NCBI GenBank assembly: GCA_947177085.1
Contig: CAMWTD010000001.1
Location: forward strand, 1-34,048
Length of the DNA: 34,048 nt
Origin: an uncultured Desulfovibrio sp.
GTDB taxonomy: Bacteria > Desulfobacterota > Desulfovibrionia > Desulfovibrionales > Desulfovibrionaceae
Direction of reading: 5' to 3'
Below, piece after piece: positions 18,395 through 26,428 of the stretch (positions are counted from its first letter, which is position 1; the number at the start of each line of letters is the position of its first letter). Position numbers and translations under genes: made by a program. The notes under the pieces were generated by a model. That model was given only the letters and a program-made list of their open reading frames with translations, was not told the DNA's origin and searched no databases.

Positions 18395-20352
18395 GAATCG
18401 GCGTTTTCGTCTGCCATTGCGGCAGCAATATCGCGGGCACTGTTGACGTGGCCGAGGTGGCCGAACGCGCCCGCCATTATCCCGACGTCGTCTACGCGGA
18501 CGACCCCATGTACACCTGCGCCGAGCCCGGCCAGGCCGCCATCGAGCAGGCCATCCACGACTACAAGCTCGACGGCGTTGTCGTGGCCTCCTGTACGCCG
18601 CGCATGCACGAGCCCACCTTCCGCCGCACCGTGGAGCGCGCGGGCCTCAACCCCTACATGTTCGAGATGGCCAATATCCGCGAGCATGTTTCGTGGATCG
18701 GCAAGGACAAGGAGGCCAACACCAACAAGGCCGCCGAGCTCGTGCTCATGGCCGTGGAAAAGCTGCGCCGCAACCGGCCGCTTTCGCCCAAGTCCTTCGA
18801 GGTGACGAAGAAGGTGCTCATCATCGGCGGCGGCGTGGCCGGCATCCAGGCGGCCCTCGACTGCGCGGACGGCGGCGTGCCCGTCATCCTCGTGGAGCGC
18901 GAGGCCACCATCGGCGGCAAGATGGCCAAGCTCGACAAGACCTTCCCCACCGTGGACTGCTCGGCCTGCATCCTCGGGCCCAAGATGGTGGACGTGGCCC
19001 AGCACCCGCTCATCACGCTCTATGCGTACTCCGAGGTGGAGGACATCTCGGGCTATGTGGGCAACTTCGAGGTCAAGATCCGCAAGAAGACGCCCTATGT
19101 GGACTGGAGCAAGTGCACGGGCTGCGGAACCTGCACCGAGAAATGCCCGAGCAAGAAAACGCCCGACGCCTTCAACGAGTTCATGGGCGACACCACTGCC
19201 ATCACCATCGCCTTCCCCCAGGCCATCCCGAAAAAGGCGGTCATCAACGCGCCCTACTGCCGCAAGCTCACGAGCGGCAAGTGCGGCATCTGCGCCAAGG
19301 TCTGCCCCACGGGGGCCGTGGATTACGAACTCAAGGACGAAGTCATCACCGAGACCGTGGGCTCCATTGTGGCGGCCACGGGCTATGACCTCGTGGACTG
19401 GTCGGTCTACGAGGAATATGGCGGGGGGCGCTACCCGGACGTCATCACGGCCCTCCAGTACGAGCGCCTGCTCAACGCCTCGGGCCCCACGGGCGGCCAT
19501 GTGGTGCGGCCCTCGGACGGGCGGGAGCCCAGGGACGTGGTCTTCATCCAGTGCGTGGGCTCGCGCGACCGCTCCATCGGCCGCCCCTACTGCTCGGCCT
19601 TCTGCTGCATGTACACGGCCAAGCAGGCCGTGCTCACCAAGGACCACATCCCCGACTCCCAGTCCCATATCTTCTATATGGACATCCGCGCCGCGGGCAA
19701 GCTCTATGACGAGTTCACGCGGCGCGCCATGGAGGAATACGGCACCAACTACATCCGGGGCCGGGTTTCCGCCATCTACCCGGACGGCGAGGGCCGGTAT
19801 GTGGTCATGGGCGCGGACACGCTCATGGGCGAGCCCATCGAGATCAAGGCCGACCTCGTGGTCCTCGCCGTGGGCATCCAGGCCAGCGCGGGCGCGGAAA
19901 AGCTGGCGGAAAAGCTGCGCATCTCCTATGACGCCTACGGCTTCTTCATGGAGAGCCACGTCAAGCTGAAGCCCGTGGAGACCAATACGGCCGGCGTGTT
20001 CCTCGCCGGCGTGTGCCAGGGCCCCAAGGACATCCCGGCCTCGGTGGCCCAGGGTTCGGCGGCCGCGGCCAAGGTGCTCGACCTCTTCGCGAGGCCGCAG
20101 TTGCACAGCGACCCGGCCATCGCCCATGTGGACATGCGCCGCTGCGTGGACTGCGGCAAGTGCATCCGCTGCTGCCCCTTCGGGGCCATCGAGGAAGTGA
20201 ACATGCGCGGGGTCAACAAGGCGCAGGTCATTGAAACGGTCTGCCAGGGCTGCGGCCTCTGCGTGGCGACCTGTCCGCAGGGCGCCATCCAGCTCTCGCA
20301 CTCCACCGACAACCAGATTCTCGCGGAGGTCAACGCGCTATGCCGGTTCTAG
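18391..20352 (+). CDS. hdrA: Heterodisulfide reductase-like subunit A (electron-bifurcating flavoprotein)
   Basis: 'RIGVFVCHCGSNI', GGGVAG, 'LDKTFPTVDCSAC', 'QCVGSRD...YCSAFCC', several ferredoxin motifs. Confidence 0.95.
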   Translation: MRIGVFVCHCGSNIAGTVDVAEVAERARHYPDVVYADDPMYTCAEPGQAAIEQAIHDYKLDGVVVASCTPRMHEPTFRRTVERAGLNPYMFEMANIREHVSWIGKDKEANTNKAAELVLMAVEKLRRNRPLSPKSFEVTKKVLIIGGGVAGIQAALDCADGGVPVILVEREATIGGKMAKLDKTFPTVDCSACILGPKMVDVAQHPLITLYAYSEVEDISGYVGNFEVKIRKKTPYVDWSKCTGCGTCTEKCPSKKTPDAFNEFMGDTTAITIAFPQAIPKKAVINAPYCRKLTSGKCGICAKVCPTGAVDYELKDEVITETVGSIVAATGYDLVDWSVYEEYGGGRYPDVITALQYERLLNASGPTGGHVVRPSDGREPRDVVFIQCVGSRDRSIGRPYCSAFCCMYTAKQAVLTKDHIPDSQSHIFYMDIRAAGKLYDEFTRRAMEEYGTNYIRGRVSAIYPDGEGRYVVMGADTLMGEPIEIKADLVVLAVGIQASAGAEKLAEKLRISYDAYGFFMESHVKLKPVETNTAGVFLAGVCQGPKDIPASVAQGSAAAAKVLDLFARPQLHSDPAIAHVDMRRCVDCGKCIRCCPFGAIEEVNMRGVNKAQVIETVCQGCGLCVATCPQGAIQLSHSTDNQILAEVNALCRF

Positions 20353-21785
20353 AAGGCAAGGAACTGCGGATCGTCGGCTTTCTCTGCAACTGGTGCTCCT
20401 ACGGCGGCGCGGACACGGCCGGCGTGGCGCGCGCCGGGCAGCCCACCGACCTGCGCGTCATCCGCGTGCCCTGTACGGGGCGCGTGGACCCGCTCTTCAT
20501 CGTCAAGGCCCTTCTGGAGGGCGCGGACGGCGTGCTCGTTTCCGGCTGCCACCCGCGCGACTGCCACTATTCGGTGGGCAATTTTTACGCCCGCCGCCGC
20601 CTCGAGGTGGTGCGCGAGTTTTTGCCCGTCATCGGCATCGACCCGCGCCGCTTCGCCTACACCTGGGTGTCGGCCTCGGAAGGCCAGCGCTGGCAGGAGG
20701 TGGTGCAGAAATTCACCGCCGAGATCCATGACCTCGGCCCCGCGCCGCGCCTCGAGGACGCCAAGCCCCTGCTCAGGCTGGCGGACATGGCCCTCACCTC
20801 CCTGCACCCCTTGGGAACCGGGGAGAAGGCGGCCCTCGCCGAGCTCAAGGAGGCCATCAAGCAGAAGCTCCCCGAGCTCGACTTTGTCATCGGCTGGCAG
20901 GAGGGCTACGACGCGGCGCACACCGTGCCGCTCTTCATGAAGACCCCGGAAGACGTGGACAAGCTCGTCTGGGGGCCGCTCAATGTGAATAACCCGGCCG
21001 TCTACCTGCCGCAGTTCAAGGGCAAGAAGGTCGGCATCGTGGTCAAGGGCTGCGATTCGCGCTCCATCGCCGAGCTCTTGCAGGAAAAGCTCATCAACCG
21101 CGAGGACGTGACCATCTTCTCCATCCCCTGCGAGGGCGTGCTGGACATGGCCCGCGTCAACACCGAACTCGGGCGGTACACGAAAATCGACAGCGTGACC
21201 ATGGACGAGGCCTCGGTGACCATCACCGCCGACGGCACGGAGCACCGCTTCTGCATGACCGAGTGCGCCCAGGGCAAGTGCTATGGCTGCACCACGCCGG
21301 GCGCGGTCATTGCCGACCAGCGCTTCGGTACGCCCGTGGAGGTGACGCCGGCCGCGCACACGCCGCCCGAGCTCGCCATGCTCGACGCCATGAGCCTCGA
21401 GGAGCGCATGGGCTTCTGGAAGGCGCAGATGGAGCGCTGCCTGCGCTGCTACGCCTGCCGCAACGCCTGCCCCATGTGCGTCTGCCGCGACTACTGCATC
21501 TCCGATTCCCGGGAGCCGCACTGGATGAGCCAGGGCGAGAGCGCGCGCGACAAGCTCTTCTTCCAGACCATCCACGCCCTGCACCTCGCCGGGCGCTGCA
21601 CCGGCTGCGGCGAGTGCCAGCGCGCCTGCCCGGTGGGCATCCCCATCCTCGCCCTGCGCCAGCAGATCGCCCGCGCCGTGGGCAAGCTCTTCGGCGGCTA
21701 CCAGTCCGGCATCAATCCGGAAGCCATCCCGCCGCTCTTGACCTACGCCGTGGAAGAACCGCATATCCATGAGAGGGACTGGTAA
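20340..21785 (+). CDS. flxCD: FlxCD fusion (MvhD-like 2Fe-2S domain plus 4Fe-4S domain)
   Basis: N-terminal FLCNWCSY / RVPCTGR / GCHPRDCHY; C-terminal CLRCYACRNACPMCVC and CTGCGECQRACP; position within the hdr-flx operon. Confidence 0.85.
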   Translation: MPVLEGKELRIVGFLCNWCSYGGADTAGVARAGQPTDLRVIRVPCTGRVDPLFIVKALLEGADGVLVSGCHPRDCHYSVGNFYARRRLEVVREFLPVIGIDPRRFAYTWVSASEGQRWQEVVQKFTAEIHDLGPAPRLEDAKPLLRLADMALTSLHPLGTGEKAALAELKEAIKQKLPELDFVIGWQEGYDAAHTVPLFMKTPEDVDKLVWGPLNVNNPAVYLPQFKGKKVGIVVKGCDSRSIAELLQEKLINREDVTIFSIPCEGVLDMARVNTELGRYTKIDSVTMDEASVTITADGTEHRFCMTECAQGKCYGCTTPGAVIADQRFGTPVEVTPAAHTPPELAMLDAMSLEERMGFWKAQMERCLRCYACRNACPMCVCRDYCISDSREPHWMSQGESARDKLFFQTIHALHLAGRCTGCGECQRACPVGIPILALRQQIARAVGKLFGGYQSGINPEAIPPLLTYAVEEPHIHERDW

Positions 21786-22858
21786 TGAGCAAGATCCGTT
21801 TTGTCGCTTCGGACGGCCTGCCGGGCCTTGCGGCCAGCCTCGCCAAGGGGGGGCGTCGCGTGCTCGTGCCCGTGGAAAAGCCCGCCGCCTCCAAGCCCTC
21901 CGTGGTGTTCGCGCCCTATGAGCCGGGCGTGAAGATGACCCTCGCCAAGGCAACCGTTCCCCCCAAGGAGGCCGTGCTGCCCGAGTGCGAGACCCTGATG
22001 ACCTTCCAGAAGAGCCGTGACCCGGCGGACCTCAACCAGACCACCCTGGCGCTCACGGCCGTCGAGGAAGGCGTCCCCACCGTGGTCTTTGCCTGCCGCC
22101 CCTGCGACGCGCGCGGTTTCGCGGCGCTGGACAAGCCCTTCCTCGAAGGCCTCTACGCCGATCCCTACTACAAGGCGCGGCGCGAAAAGCTCACCGTGGC
22201 GAGCCTCACCTGCGCCACGGGCTGCGAGACCTGTTTCTGCCACTGGGTGGGCGGGGGCCCCACCTCGCCCATCGGCTCGGACGTGCTGATCACGGAGATC
22301 GAGGGCGGCTATGTGCTTCAGGCCATGACGCCCAAGGGCGAGGAACTCTTGGAGGCGAGCGGCCTGCCTGACGGGGCGGACAAGTTCCCCCTGGCCGAGG
22401 CCGCGCGCAAGGCCGCCTGGGCGAGTCTCGTGCCCGCGCCGGACCTCACGGCGGCGCGGGAGAGCCTCAAGGCCATGTTCGAGGATACGGCCTTCTGGGA
22501 GGCCGAGACGGCCCGCTGCCTTTCCTGCGGGGCCTGCACCTATTTCTGCCCCACCTGCTACTGCTTCAACATCACGGACGAGGGCGAGCCGCAAAGCCCC
22601 TGCGGCGGCCGGCGCCTCCGGAGCTGGGACAACTGCATGTCCTCCCTCTACACGCGCGAGGCCAGCGGTCACAATCCGCGCCCGGAGAAATACCAGCGGA
22701 TGCGCAACCGCGTTTCGCACAAGTTCTGGACCTATCCGGAAAACTGGGGCCCGTACCTGTGCAGCGGCTGCGGGCGCTGCATCACCAACTGCCCGGTATG
22801 CCTCGACATCCGCGCCATCGTGCTCGACGCCGTGGCCGCCGCCAAGGGCAAGGTCTAG
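21785..22858 (+). CDS. flxB: FlxB, 4Fe-4S protein (AsrA/HydB-like)
   Basis: 'CRPCD', 'CETCFC', CLSCGACTYFCPTCYC, 'RMRNRVSHKF', CSGCGRCITNCP. Confidence 0.85.
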   Translation: MSKIRFVASDGLPGLAASLAKGGRRVLVPVEKPAASKPSVVFAPYEPGVKMTLAKATVPPKEAVLPECETLMTFQKSRDPADLNQTTLALTAVEEGVPTVVFACRPCDARGFAALDKPFLEGLYADPYYKARREKLTVASLTCATGCETCFCHWVGGGPTSPIGSDVLITEIEGGYVLQAMTPKGEELLEASGLPDGADKFPLAEAARKAAWASLVPAPDLTAARESLKAMFEDTAFWEAETARCLSCGACTYFCPTCYCFNITDEGEPQSPCGGRRLRSWDNCMSSLYTREASGHNPRPEKYQRMRNRVSHKFWTYPENWGPYLCSGCGRCITNCPVCLDIRAIVLDAVAAAKGKV

Positions 22859-22907
22859 GGCCTTCGTGGCATCTCTTGAAGTCCATTTGCGTGAAAGGAG
22901 CTGATTC

Positions 22908-24167
22908 ATGGCAACCAAGAAGACTGCCGGAAAGGCCAAGGCCGCTCCCAAGGCTGCGGACGCCGATAGCAAGAAGACCAGGGGCCGCGCCGCCCCGGCC
23001 GCCGGCGGCAAGGGCGCGCAGGCCGCCAAGGCCCCCAAGGCCGTGAAGCCTGCCGCCGCGCAGGAAAAGGCCCTGCCCACGGACGAGCATCCCATGCTGA
23101 CGGAATTGAAGGAAGCGCCGCTCCCCGCCGTGGAAGGCGAGACCGCGCTCGTGCCCGAAAACGAGGCGCCTCATGCTGCCAAGGCTGCGGAAGCCCCCAG
23201 GGCTCCCGGGGCGGAGGCCGCCAAAGCCGCCCCCAAGGCTGCCGCCAAGGCGGAGGCTCCCACGGCCGCGGCGAAGCCCGAAGCCGCCGGCAAGCCCGGG
23301 CCGCGCATGCCCCGGGGCATCACGCCGCGCCCGCTCATGACCGGCAATCCGTACCTGCCCAAGCTCGCCACCGTGGTGGAAATCATCCAGGAGACCCGCA
23401 ATATCCGCACCCTGCGCGTGGTGCTGGACGACGCCGAAGCCATGGAGAACTTCACCTTCGAGCCGGGCCAGGTGGGCCAGGTCTCGGTGTTCGGCGCGGG
23501 CGAGTCCACCTTTGTCATCAATTCGCCGCCGTCCGAGAAGAGCTTTCTCCAGTTCTCGGTCATGGATGCCGGCGAGGTGACGGACGCCATCCACCATCTT
23601 TCGCCCGGCGACAAGGTGGGCGTGCGCGCGCCGCTGGGGAACTATTTTCCCTGGAAGGACTGGAAGGGCAAGAACGTCTTTTTCATCGGCGGCGGCATCG
23701 GCATGGCGCCTATCCGCACCATCATGCTGCACCTCTTGGAGCGCAAGGAGGACTACGGCAAGATCAGCCTGCTCTACGGCGCGCGCAGCCCGGTGGACAT
23801 GGCCTACAGCTACGAGCTCGACGACTGGAAGCAGAACCCGGACCTCGACTGTACCCTCTGCATCGACAACCCCTATGAGAACTGGGGGCATCGCGTGGGC
23901 CTGATCCCCAAGGTGCTGGAGGAGCTCGCGCCCTCGCCGGAGAATACCGTGGCCGTGCTCTGCGGGCCGCCCATCATGATCAAGTTCACCCTCCAGGCGC
24001 TGGAAAAGCTCGGCTTCGCGCCCGAGAACATCGTGACCACGCTGGAAAAGCGCATGAAGTGCGGCATCGGCATTTGCGGCCGCTGCAATATCGGCAGCCG
24101 TTATGTCTGCGTGGACGGGCCGGTGTTCACGCTCAAGGAATTGCAGGGCTTGCCGCCGGACATGTAG
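22908..24167 (+). CDS. flxA: FlxA, FAD/NAD(H)-binding oxidoreductase with 2Fe-2S cluster (PyrK/HydG-like) and a long low-complexity N-terminus
   Basis: 'NPYLP', 'GESTF', 'RAPLGN', GGGIGMAP, CGPPIM, CGIGICGRC...YVC.DGPVF; AAAGGAG RBS before ATG 22908. Confidence 0.88.
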   Translation: MATKKTAGKAKAAPKAADADSKKTRGRAAPAAGGKGAQAAKAPKAVKPAAAQEKALPTDEHPMLTELKEAPLPAVEGETALVPENEAPHAAKAAEAPRAPGAEAAKAAPKAAAKAEAPTAAAKPEAAGKPGPRMPRGITPRPLMTGNPYLPKLATVVEIIQETRNIRTLRVVLDDAEAMENFTFEPGQVGQVSVFGAGESTFVINSPPSEKSFLQFSVMDAGEVTDAIHHLSPGDKVGVRAPLGNYFPWKDWKGKNVFFIGGGIGMAPIRTIMLHLLERKEDYGKISLLYGARSPVDMAYSYELDDWKQNPDLDCTLCIDNPYENWGHRVGLIPKVLEELAPSPENTVAVLCGPPIMIKFTLQALEKLGFAPENIVTTLEKRMKCGIGICGRCNIGSRYVCVDGPVFTLKELQGLPPDM

Positions 24168-24189
24168 CCGGCATGTGCCCGGGCTTTGG

Positions 24190-24234
24190 GGCCGGTCCCG
24201 CGGGTTCTGCCTGCGGGGCCGGCCTTGCTGTTTC
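24190..24234 (+). terminator. Probable terminator hairpin after flxA
   Basis: GGCCGG-T-CCCGC...GCGGG-G-CCGGCC imperfect stem (24190-24224), followed by TTGCTGTTTC. Confidence 0.45.
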
Positions 24235-24334
24235 ATGGGCTGTGGGGGTGTGCCGGGCCGGCCGGAAGCCGCAGCGCGGTGTGCGGGAGGAGGGGCAGCG
24301 TACGCCATGCCGAAATTATCCGTCAAAAACAGCC

Positions 24335-24550
24335 TCTTAGGCGCTCGCTGCGTCAGAAACAATTTTTCTTGGTCGAGTACTTAAGTACACTCCCTGCAAA
24401 AAATAGTTTCTTCCTTGCTTCAGCCGTTGCGACGAAGGAAGCTACGGATGAAGACAGCAGTTAGTTACCGCGCCAGTCAGCCAACGCCGCCACTGTCGCT
24501 ATCCGTAAGCCCGGCAAGCCGGCCAACGGCTAGCGCGCGAGCGCCTAAGA
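24335..24550. repeat. Nested palindromic intergenic element (MITE/REP-like or structured RNA) with 14-bp terminal inverted repeats
   Basis: TCTTAGGCGCTCGC (24335-24348) / GCGAGCGCCTAAGA (24537-24550) enclose two long internal hairpins (24355-24411 and 24422-24531). Confidence 0.7.
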
Positions 24551-24659
24551 ATCTTATTTTTTAGGATTCTTCCGGCACGAGCCCCCGTCTGTCGCTGCGC
24601 GCCAGACGGATAAAGGAAGGGAAGTCTCCTCGTCGGTAACGTATGTTTCATTCATTGAT

Positions 24660-24675
24660 TGGCACTCCCCTTGCA
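24660..24675 (+). promoter_or_regulatory. Sigma-54 (-24/-12) promoter
   Basis: TGGCAC-TCCCC-TTGCA is an exact match to TGGCAC-N5-TTGCW, ~80 bp upstream of the ORF at 24756, preceded by an AT-rich tract. Confidence 0.8.
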
Positions 24676-24755
24676 TATTAGTCAGCGTTCCCGCTCATGC
24701 GGCAATTTTGACGCATCCCGCCTTCGGGCGGTTTTTGGACCAAAGGAGACTGACC

Positions 24756-25004
24756 ATGGAAATTTCCGGCATCCGTTCCGCGCTTCCCTTTGCCTTTCCC
24801 ACGCTTGACAAGGATGGCGGCGAGGCCGCGCCCGCGCCGGTTGGGGACATGGTCGACATCCACGCGCCCACCCTGCTTGACGACAGCGAGGTGGACGGCG
24901 TCCTTGACGACACCCTCTCCATGATCGCGCAGGACAACGTGGCGGCCCTGTCCGTCCACGGCGGCCTTTCCGAAAGCCGCGTCTTTGCACTGCTCGGCCT
25001 GTAG
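24756..25004 (+). CDS. Small acidic hypothetical protein (82 aa)
   Basis: AAAGGAG RBS before ATG 24756, GC-rich third codon positions, own sigma-54 promoter; function not recognised. Confidence 0.75.
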   Translation: MEISGIRSALPFAFPTLDKDGGEAAPAPVGDMVDIHAPTLLDDSEVDGVLDDTLSMIAQDNVAALSVHGGLSESRVFALLGL

Positions 25005-25075
25005 CGGCCCGCTGCCTCCCCTTGCGCGCCCCGCGGCCGCCGGGCATTTGACAGCGCCGCAGCCGAAAGAGTATC

Positions 25076-25124
25076 AAAATGCCGGATCGTTCCGTCACCG
25101 TGACGGGGCGACCGGCATTTTTTT
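25076..25124 (+). terminator. Long hairpin plus T7 tract between the small ORF and tyrS
   Basis: AAAATGCCGG (25076-25085) / CCGGCATTTT (25112-25121) with inner CCGTCA/TGACGG stem; T run at 25118-25124. Confidence 0.6.
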
Positions 25125-25179
25125 CCGGCCCCGTCCCCCGCAGGGCCGGGGCTCCATGTCAAGACCGAGGCAGGCAATA

Positions 25180-26376
25180 ATGACGGACATTGACCGCCAG
25201 ATGGCCCTCATCCGGCGCGGCGCGGCGGAAATCATCGACGAGGACGAGCTCCGCTCCAGGCTGGCGGCGGGCCGCCCCGTGCGCGTCAAGGTGGGCTTCG
25301 ACCCCACCGCGCCGGACCTGCACCTCGGCCACACGGTGGTCATGCACAAGATGCGCCACTTCCAGGAGCTGGGGCACACGGTCATCTTCCTCATCGGCGA
25401 CTTCACGGGCCGCATCGGCGACCCGTCGGGCAAGAGCGAGACGCGCCCCCCCCTCACCGAGGAGCAGGTGCTCGCCAACGCAGCGACCTACAAGAGCCAG
25501 GTCTTCAAGATCCTCGACCCGGAAAAGACCATCGTGGAGTTCAACTCCCGCTGGTTCGGCCAGATGGGCGCGGCGGACTTCATCCGCCTCGCCGCGCACT
25601 CGACCGTGGCGCGGATGCTGGAGCGCGACGACTTTGAAAAACGCTTCAAGGCGGAGCGGCCCATCTCCATCCACGAATTCCTCTATCCGCTCTGCCAGGG
25701 CTATGACTCGGTGGCGCTTCATGCCGACGTGGAAATGGGCGGCACGGACCAGAAGTTCAACCTGCTCATGGGCCGCAACCTCCAGGGCCATTACGGCCAG
25801 CCCGGGCAGACCATCATCACCATGCCGCTGCTCGAGGGCACGGACGGCGTACGCAAGATGTCCAAGTCCTATGGCAACTATGTGGGCATCAGCGAAGCGC
25901 CGGAGCAGATGTTCGGCAAGCTCATGGCCATTTCCGACGATCTCATGTGGCGCTATTACGAACTGCTCTCGGCAAAGAGCCTCGAGGACATCGCGGCCCT
26001 GCGCAGCCAGGTGGAGAGCGGCACGGTGCACCCCAAGGCGGCCAAGGAGGACCTGGCCTGCGAAATGGTGACGCGCTACCACGGCGGGGACGCGGCGAGT
26101 GCGGCGCGCCAGTCGTTCAACGCGGTGTTTGCCGGCGGCTCCTTCCCTGCGGACGCGCCGGAATATGCCTGCGATGCGGGCGAAGCCAGCGCCCCGGCGG
26201 CCTTTCTCGAGGCCGCGGGCCTTGTCAAAAGCCGCGCCGAGGCCAAGCGCCTCGTGAAGGAAGGGGCGCTCAGCGTCAACGGCGAGCGCGTGGGCGATGC
26301 TGCGACGCCCCTTGCGGCCGGAAGCTACAAGGTCAGGCTCGGCAAAAAGCGCTTTTTGCGGCTCACGGTGCAGTAG
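25180..26376 (+). CDS. tyrS: Tyrosine--tRNA ligase
   Basis: '[13 protein letters not shown]' (HIGH), 'GGTDQKFN', KMSKS, C-terminal S4-like domain; start re-called at MTDID (ATG 25180). Confidence 0.97.
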   Translation: MTDIDRQMALIRRGAAEIIDEDELRSRLAAGRPVRVKVGFDPTAPDLHLGHTVVMHKMRHFQELGHTVIFLIGDFTGRIGDPSGKSETRPPLTEEQVLANAATYKSQVFKILDPEKTIVEFNSRWFGQMGAADFIRLAAHSTVARMLERDDFEKRFKAERPISIHEFLYPLCQGYDSVALHADVEMGGTDQKFNLLMGRNLQGHYGQPGQTIITMPLLEGTDGVRKMSKSYGNYVGISEAPEQMFGKLMAISDDLMWRYYELLSAKSLEDIAALRSQVESGTVHPKAAKEDLACEMVTRYHGGDAASAARQSFNAVFAGGSFPADAPEYACDAGEASAPAAFLEAAGLVKSRAEAKRLVKEGALSVNGERVGDAATPLAAGSYKVRLGKKRFLRLTVQ

Positions 26377-26428
26377 GGGCCCCGCCCACGGAACTCCCCG
26401 CGCCCGATCCATTCCACGGAGGCACGAG

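Noticed and set aside
18391-21785. Selenocysteine in HdrA or the MvhD-like FlxD domain
   Set aside because: Both ORFs are uninterrupted and have Cys at the relevant motifs.
20340-21785. FlxC-FlxD fusion as a novelty
   Set aside because: A fused FlxCD is already known in Desulfovibrio.
24421-24531. Cobalamin riboswitch suggested by GCCGCCACTGT and AAGCCCGGCAAGCCGGCC
   Set aside because: The other B12-element features (GGGAA..GGTG, GGGAAG, AGACCTGCC) are missing, no B12 gene follows, and the segment lies upstream of the sigma-54 promoter.
24168-24755. CRISPR array, tRNA or small ORFs (24186-24464 etc.) in the long intergenic region
   Set aside because: No direct repeat-spacer periodicity, no cloverleaf or TTCGA arm, and the ORFs lack an RBS and typical codon bias.
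25005-25179. T-box riboswitch ahead of tyrS
   Set aside because: The leader is too short and lacks the GGTGGNACCGCG T-box sequence.
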